Source: an uncultured Ignavibacteriales bacterium (lineage in GTDB: Bacteria > Zixibacteria > MSB-5A5 > GN15 > JAAZOE01). Taken from it: a DNA stretch of 20,000 bases. This document shows, in pieces, positions 15,646 through 20,000 of this stretch. The position numbers and the translations under genes are program-made. Position 1 is the stretch's first letter, and the number at the start of each line of letters is the position of its first letter. The notes below the pieces were generated by a model. The model ran no database searches. It was not told the DNA's origin and was given only the letters and a program-made list of their open reading frames with translations. Location of the stretch: assembly GCA_964611355.1 (NCBI GenBank), contig CAZSYD010000007.1, positions 59,383 through 79,382 on the forward strand, written 5' to 3'.

Positions 15646-16896
15646 ATGAAACGTTTGATAAAAGCGATGCCGTTTTTTCTGACCGCCCTGCTTATTGCGG
15701 CCTGCGCGGCAGATATTTCGGCTGATGATAAAATTCGATACGACGGGCAAATAAGACTGCGAAGCGAGCTTGATTTGAAATCATTAAATCCATCGCGACA
15801 CGCTCGGAATTTTAACGATCTGCGCACGCGGGTGGGGTTCAAATTTCAGCCGAGCGACGTTGTTTTCGCCTATATCCAGTTTCAGGATTCACGCCGGTTG
15901 GGGGGTCCCGATTCGGGAGAGTTGACCTCAACTGACAATGTTGATATTCACCAGGCATACTTTGTTATCGAAAACGCTATAATTCCCTGCCTGTATATCA
16001 AGGGCGGGCGTTTTGAATTGAATTATGGCAACCAGCGCGTCTTCGGTTCGGCCGGCTGGCATAATATCGGCAGAAGCTGGGAAGGCGGCCTGTTTTCATA
16101 TCGAAATGAGGCTTTGCAGATCGATCTGTTCGGTCTGAAAAAGATGGAACTTGGCGATTCCACCTATAACCGTGATTTTGATATCTTCGGGTTATATGGT
16201 AAGATAAAAAAGGCATACCTTGACCTGTTTTTCTTTTATGAGCTTGACGCCGACTCCAACGGCTATGTGCAGGAGAAATTGAAAAGGTTTAATGTCGGCG
16301 GGTATTATTCGAGCAGCTACGATAATTTTGATTTTACCATGCAGGGGGGCTTCCAGTTCGGCGAAATACCCCGCGATACCATTCCCGACAGCCTGGTTCA
16401 GGATATTTCGGCTTTTATGGCGGCGGGTGAACTTGGCTATTCCTTTGGCACCCGGACAAATGCGCGCATAGCCATCGGCGTCGATTACACTTCGGGCGAT
16501 GACGGTTCCGATTCCGCCAAATTCAAGGCGTACCGGAATGCTTATTACACGGGTCATAAGTTCCGGGGTTATATGGATTATTTCCTCGGATCACCGGAGC
16601 ACGGCCTGATAGATGCCATGCTGCGGGGAAAAGTGGGCATAAATCCCCAGTGGCTTTTCAAAGGCGATCTCCACTATTTCAAAGCCGCCGAGGATTATCT
16701 CAGCAAGGCAGACGGTATGACCATGACCGGTAACATCGGATACGAATTTGATTTCACGGTTGTAAATAAATCTGTAGCGGGCGCAGCATTTACCGGAGGC
16801 GTGTCATTGTTTTTCGCCGACAAGCATTTTGCAGAGGCCGGCGATAATCGCAAAACCGGCATATGGTCATACCTGATGACTACAATAAATTTTTAG
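15646..16896 (+). CDS. Alginate-export (AlgE-like) family outer-membrane beta-barrel protein
   Basis: Signal peptide from ATG 15646. GQIRLRSE, RTRVG, QFQDSR, DIHQAY, KGGRFELNYGNQRVFGSAGWHNIGRSWEG, DYTSGDD and YTGHKFRGYMD motifs. C-terminal YLMTTINF is a beta-signal. Confidence 0.85.
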   Translation: MKRLIKAMPFFLTALLIAACAADISADDKIRYDGQIRLRSELDLKSLNPSRHARNFNDLRTRVGFKFQPSDVVFAYIQFQDSRRLGGPDSGELTSTDNVDIHQAYFVIENAIIPCLYIKGGRFELNYGNQRVFGSAGWHNIGRSWEGGLFSYRNEALQIDLFGLKKMELGDSTYNRDFDIFGLYGKIKKAYLDLFFFYELDADSNGYVQEKLKRFNVGGYYSSSYDNFDFTMQGGFQFGEIPRDTIPDSLVQDISAFMAAGELGYSFGTRTNARIAIGVDYTSGDDGSDSAKFKAYRNAYYTGHKFRGYMDYFLGSPEHGLIDAMLRGKVGINPQWLFKGDLHYFKAAEDYLSKADGMTMTGNIGYEFDFTVVNKSVAGAAFTGGVSLFFADKHFAEAGDNRKTGIWSYLMTTINF

Positions 16897-16963
16897 GGTA
16901 ATAGCGTCTGAGCTATGCAACCAAAGCAAGTATTTTACCGTAACTTACGGCAAGGAGGAAAAT

Positions 16964-17515
16964 ATCAGTCATTCAAATAAAAGAAAACTATTCGGCCTGT
17001 TGCTGATTGTAGTCGGGCTGTTTATCATTCTGCATAATTTCGATTTCGTTGAACTGGAATGGTCCTACGTCTGGTCGATAATTCTTATTATCATCGGTGT
17101 TGCCCTGATCTTTCGGGCCGTAAGCCGGCGATCGACGGTTACCGTGGTAAAAGGCGGCGGCTCCAAATTTTTTGGCGACAGTTCCCATGATTACACCGGT
17201 GAAATTGATGGCTTGAGCATTAATCATTTCATTGGCGACATCGAACTAAACCTGACGAAAGCGACGCTGAAACCCGGCGTAAATAATCTCAACGTTTCAG
17301 CATTCATAGGCGACATTCGCGTCTTTGTCCCACAGGATATGGCTGTGGAAGTGAACTGCTCACTGACCATTGGCGATATTCACGTCTTTAATACAAGCAA
17401 GGGCGGCATCTTTCCTTCCGTAACCGAAAAGACATCAAATTACGATACCGCCGAAAAGAAACTTAAAATCGGCAGTAACGTCTTTATCGGCGACATTAAA
17501 ATAAGAAAGATATGA
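16964..17515 (+). CDS. LiaF-like cell-envelope stress membrane protein (N-terminal TMs plus DUF2154-like beta repeat domain)
   Basis: FGLLLIVVGLFIILHNF...WSIILIIIGVALIF and repeated FIGDI motifs. The best SD (AAGGAGG, 16952-16958) points to ATC at 16964; the ORF-track TTG at 17000 truncates TM1. Confidence 0.8.
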   Translation: MSHSNKRKLFGLLLIVVGLFIILHNFDFVELEWSYVWSIILIIIGVALIFRAVSRRSTVTVVKGGGSKFFGDSSHDYTGEIDGLSINHFIGDIELNLTKATLKPGVNNLNVSAFIGDIRVFVPQDMAVEVNCSLTIGDIHVFNTSKGGIFPSVTEKTSNYDTAEKKLKIGSNVFIGDIKIRKI

Positions 17516-17576
17516 CCTTAAGGATTCGCGGGTTAAATATTGATACTGCTGTTCAATAGAAATGCGAGAAGAATGA

Positions 17577-19094
17577 CTATCCCGGATTTCCTTCCCCTTC
17601 CGTAGCTGTCTCTTTTTTGAGCTTTTCCATCATGGCTTCCGGATCGAGCGGTTTCTTTTTCTCATCTGTAGATGATTCAGCCGGCGAATTCATACTTGTT
17701 GGCAGTACCACTCGGAAATCGGAACCGGCGCCGTCCCCTTCATCGCCCTGCAGAAAAGCCATCAATGTTTTCGGCTCGATTATTTCCAGAATAAATTGCG
17801 CCGCCTGGTGCAGGATAAGGTCAAGATCGGTTATCCTACCATATATATCCCGATGCTTGCGGGCATATTCCGTTTTCTTGTCCGTTATTCTGATAGTCAT
17901 ACACAACAGCCCATCATTGGCGATAATCTCACCGCTTATCCGAGCGGGATACCGGCCGAATAGTCGCTTAACCGGTAGTCCTATAGAATGAAGTGAGAAC
18001 CCGGAACCTGCCGCTATCATTTCCGGAAGAGACCCCGGTTTTTCCAGAACCGGGAACCGGGTCTTCCTGAAATTGGACTTCCCGCCATCGGCTATCATTT
18101 GCACCTGATCGAGTAATCTGTCGGTAAGCACTTCCGGAGAATACCCCAATTGCTGAAATTCAACCGGCACGCTGATGGGGGAAATAATAACAGCATTCCT
18201 CATTACCTCTCCTGCCAAAAGAACCAGAGAGAAAATGATGATGAAAATAACGACGGCGTTTAGTAATACCGCTCGTGTTTTGGCGATTAGTTGGAAAATC
18301 CCGCTCAAATGGCCGCCGCTTTTTGGAGGTTGTTTGGAAGCAGGCGTCTTTTTTGCCGGGGCGCTATCCATTTCACGCAATGACGTGTCGCGTTCCCGAA
18401 TTTCACGCACAGCCCCGGGCGGACTGCCATAAGGAGTATTTTTCTTCTTTACTTTAACAGCGTCCGACAGCATGGCAACCGTATCTTCCGATAATATCTT
18501 CAAATCCGCTTCGCAGTTGTAACATTTAACCGATTGGCCGACCGTGCGCCTGGTTTCAATCGGTGAATCGCACTGCGGACATTGAAAACTCAAAAACGTA
18601 TCTTCCGATTTGAATCCTTTAATCGGGGACCTGTCCGTCCCGGCGCCTCCAGAATGTTTCATAATCAACTGTCTCGGCCTGTCAACTTCTTCGGTTTCTT
18701 TTTCCCGCGGCTCTTCAGTAGATACCAGGGCTACCGCTTCTTCGGACAATATTTTCAGCGCGGCATTACAGTTTTCGCAGCGGATGAATTCGCCGACCCC
18801 GTAACGCGTCGCCAGCGGCGACCGGCACCTGGGGCAGACCAATCTTAAAAGCGAATCGGTTGGCCATGAAATATCGTCATTGCTTCCGGCAATCTTCGAG
18901 CTGTCCAATTCATATACTTCCGATGTATCGAATTCAGATCCTTCTTCCGCAGCGGCCGCGCCACCCGATACAACCGCCGCAATATCTTCGGAAAGGATTT
19001 TAAGATACGCATTACAGTTGTCGCAATTGATAAACTCTCCGACCGTCAGCTTAGTCCTGATCGGCCGGCCGCATTTCGGACAATCAAATTTCAA
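17577..19094 (-). CDS. Single-pass membrane protein with three tandem LysW-like zinc ribbons and an extracytoplasmic domain
   Basis: Three CxxC-x15-CxxC repeats, one TM (AVLLNAVVIFIIIFSLVLLAG), then VIISPISVP...GYSPEVL...ISGEI. TTG start with GGGAG SD. Confidence 0.8.
   Translation of the reverse strand: MKFDCPKCGRPIRTKLTVGEFINCDNCNAYLKILSEDIAAVVSGGAAAAEEGSEFDTSEVYELDSSKIAGSNDDISWPTDSLLRLVCPRCRSPLATRYGVGEFIRCENCNAALKILSEEAVALVSTEEPREKETEEVDRPRQLIMKHSGGAGTDRSPIKGFKSEDTFLSFQCPQCDSPIETRRTVGQSVKCYNCEADLKILSEDTVAMLSDAVKVKKKNTPYGSPPGAVREIRERDTSLREMDSAPAKKTPASKQPPKSGGHLSGIFQLIAKTRAVLLNAVVIFIIIFSLVLLAGEVMRNAVIISPISVPVEFQQLGYSPEVLTDRLLDQVQMIADGGKSNFRKTRFPVLEKPGSLPEMIAAGSGFSLHSIGLPVKRLFGRYPARISGEIIANDGLLCMTIRITDKKTEYARKHRDIYGRITDLDLILHQAAQFILEIIEPKTLMAFLQGDEGDGAGSDFRVVLPTSMNSPAESSTDEKKKPLDPEAMMEKLKKETATEGEGNPG
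18465..19094 (-). repeat. Three intragenic ~43-aa Zn-ribbon repeats (aa 1-43, 83-125, 168-210)
   Basis: CPKC..VGEFINCDNCNAYLKILSED, CPRC..VGEFIRCENCNAALKILSEE and CPQC..VGQSVKCYNCEADLKILSED. Confidence 0.9.
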
Positions 19095-19118
19095 CCGGCT
19101 CCCTTGCTCTTTACTACA

Positions 19119-19145
19119 TTATCGGACAACATAATGCGAAAATTA
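19119..19145 (-). promoter_or_regulatory. Putative sigma28-type promoter for the Zn-ribbon gene
   Basis: Minus strand TAAT-N15-TCCGATAA, 24 nt upstream of the TTG at 19094. Confidence 0.5.
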
Positions 19146-19299
19146 GGCGGCTTTTTTACCTTATTGCTATTTGGGTAGCCCCGCGCGAACCGGTTTATGA
19201 TGCGAAATCGCCATTCCCGGTTTTTTTTCTTGCCGGAATTTGGACATATTGTTTATGGTTGGGCAGATTGAACCTGTTTATTGTAAGCGGGGGTTCTTT

Positions 19300-19920
19300 G
19301 TGCGAACTAAAAGCTTTCTTCTGGTAATTTCGCTTGTAATTAGCGCCCAATTTTTATCCTGCGCGTGGGTCAGGACAAGGAAATTTATTCTCCCTGAAGA
19401 ATCGGCGGCTGAAAAAATCGCCGGATGGACCTTCAAACCGGACGTGCAGGCTTACCATCCGCCTGTCGAGAAAGGCCCCACAAAAGATATAAACGGACTC
19501 TGGCTCAACTTAACGGCATTCCATTCAAAGGCCACCGAGATGGACACGATATACGGCGTTGATATCGACACGGTATACATGATTTACGGCAAGTCGGGAA
19601 ATCAACGGCATATCTGGATCAAACATGCGTCGGCTTATGGGGATGTTCTGGAATATAAACAGCTCGTCAACAGATTCCGTTTCCGAAATTCTTCGGGTGA
19701 GTATTATTTTATCGTTCCTCCCGATGTTGACACGCTATACCTGGAATTTAATGCCAAATTCTACCGGGGTATCTTCAAAACTTTATCGCCCAACCCGGAA
19801 TACAGCACAAAAAATGACACAATTGTGGTTGATACCGCCAACCCGGAAAGGTTTTCCAGAAAAGTCAGGATAAAGCTGATTCACAGGGAATCAAAGACGC
19901 TGGTGCCGTCATTCATATAA
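19300..19920 (+). CDS. Putative lipoprotein, unknown function
   Basis: GTG at 19300 after GGGGG gives MRTKSFLLVISLVISAQFLS|C, a lipobox-like signal. The ORF-track start at 19240 is less likely. Confidence 0.65.
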   Translation: MRTKSFLLVISLVISAQFLSCAWVRTRKFILPEESAAEKIAGWTFKPDVQAYHPPVEKGPTKDINGLWLNLTAFHSKATEMDTIYGVDIDTVYMIYGKSGNQRHIWIKHASAYGDVLEYKQLVNRFRFRNSSGEYYFIVPPDVDTLYLEFNAKFYRGIFKTLSPNPEYSTKNDTIVVDTANPERFSRKVRIKLIHRESKTLVPSFI

Positions 19921-20000
19921 CCGCAAGCCGGTTCCCAACTATAAAATATACCGGCTGAGGTCTTTGTCCTGAATTATCTTCGACAGCTTCTCCGTTACTA

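Noticed and set aside
16925..16940. Minus-strand CGGTAAAATACTTGCT GG-N10-GC motif
   Set aside because: Poor -24 context, and it points antisense into the porin gene; likely chance.
14508..19094. Link between LysW-like repeats and nearby argF (LysW-dependent arginine synthesis)
   Set aside because: The repeats lack the C-terminal EDWGE carrier motif, no lysX/argX genes are present, and unrelated genes separate them.

Overview
Bacterial chromosomal window of about 50% GC, mostly coded on the minus strand. The gene set points to a diderm bacterium, possibly FCB-group such as Ca. Zixibacteria, but that taxonomy is inference only. The left ~5.4 kb is a tightly packed minus-strand cluster built around a small Ras-like GTPase. 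In order it encodes a DUF4388 protein with an MshEN-like tandem motif, a small membrane protein, a TPR-Roadblock fusion, a 4TM-Roadblock fusion, a stand-alone Roadblock, an MglA with a ~190-aa Pro/Gln-rich tail ending in a MinD-like amphipathic helix, and a canonical MglB. The MglB runs off the window edge and is missing from the ORF track. A sigma28-like promoter precedes the cluster. The middle holds murJ-comEC (ComEC with a decayed C-terminal domain), divergent rpsT, and a ferredoxin plus geranylgeranyl-reductase pair. It also has a 100-N scaffold gap flanked by a 55-bp overlap, a degenerate SbnI/SerK-like protein, a secreted beta-propeller, a degenerate RNase HI-like protein, a PaaI thioesterase and argF. 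The right end has an AlgE-like porin, a LiaF-like gene with an apparent ATC start, a membrane protein with three LysW-like Zn ribbons (second sigma28-like promoter) and a lipoprotein. No rRNA, tRNA, CRISPR array or mobile element was seen. All family assignments come from reading motifs by eye; no database searches were run.
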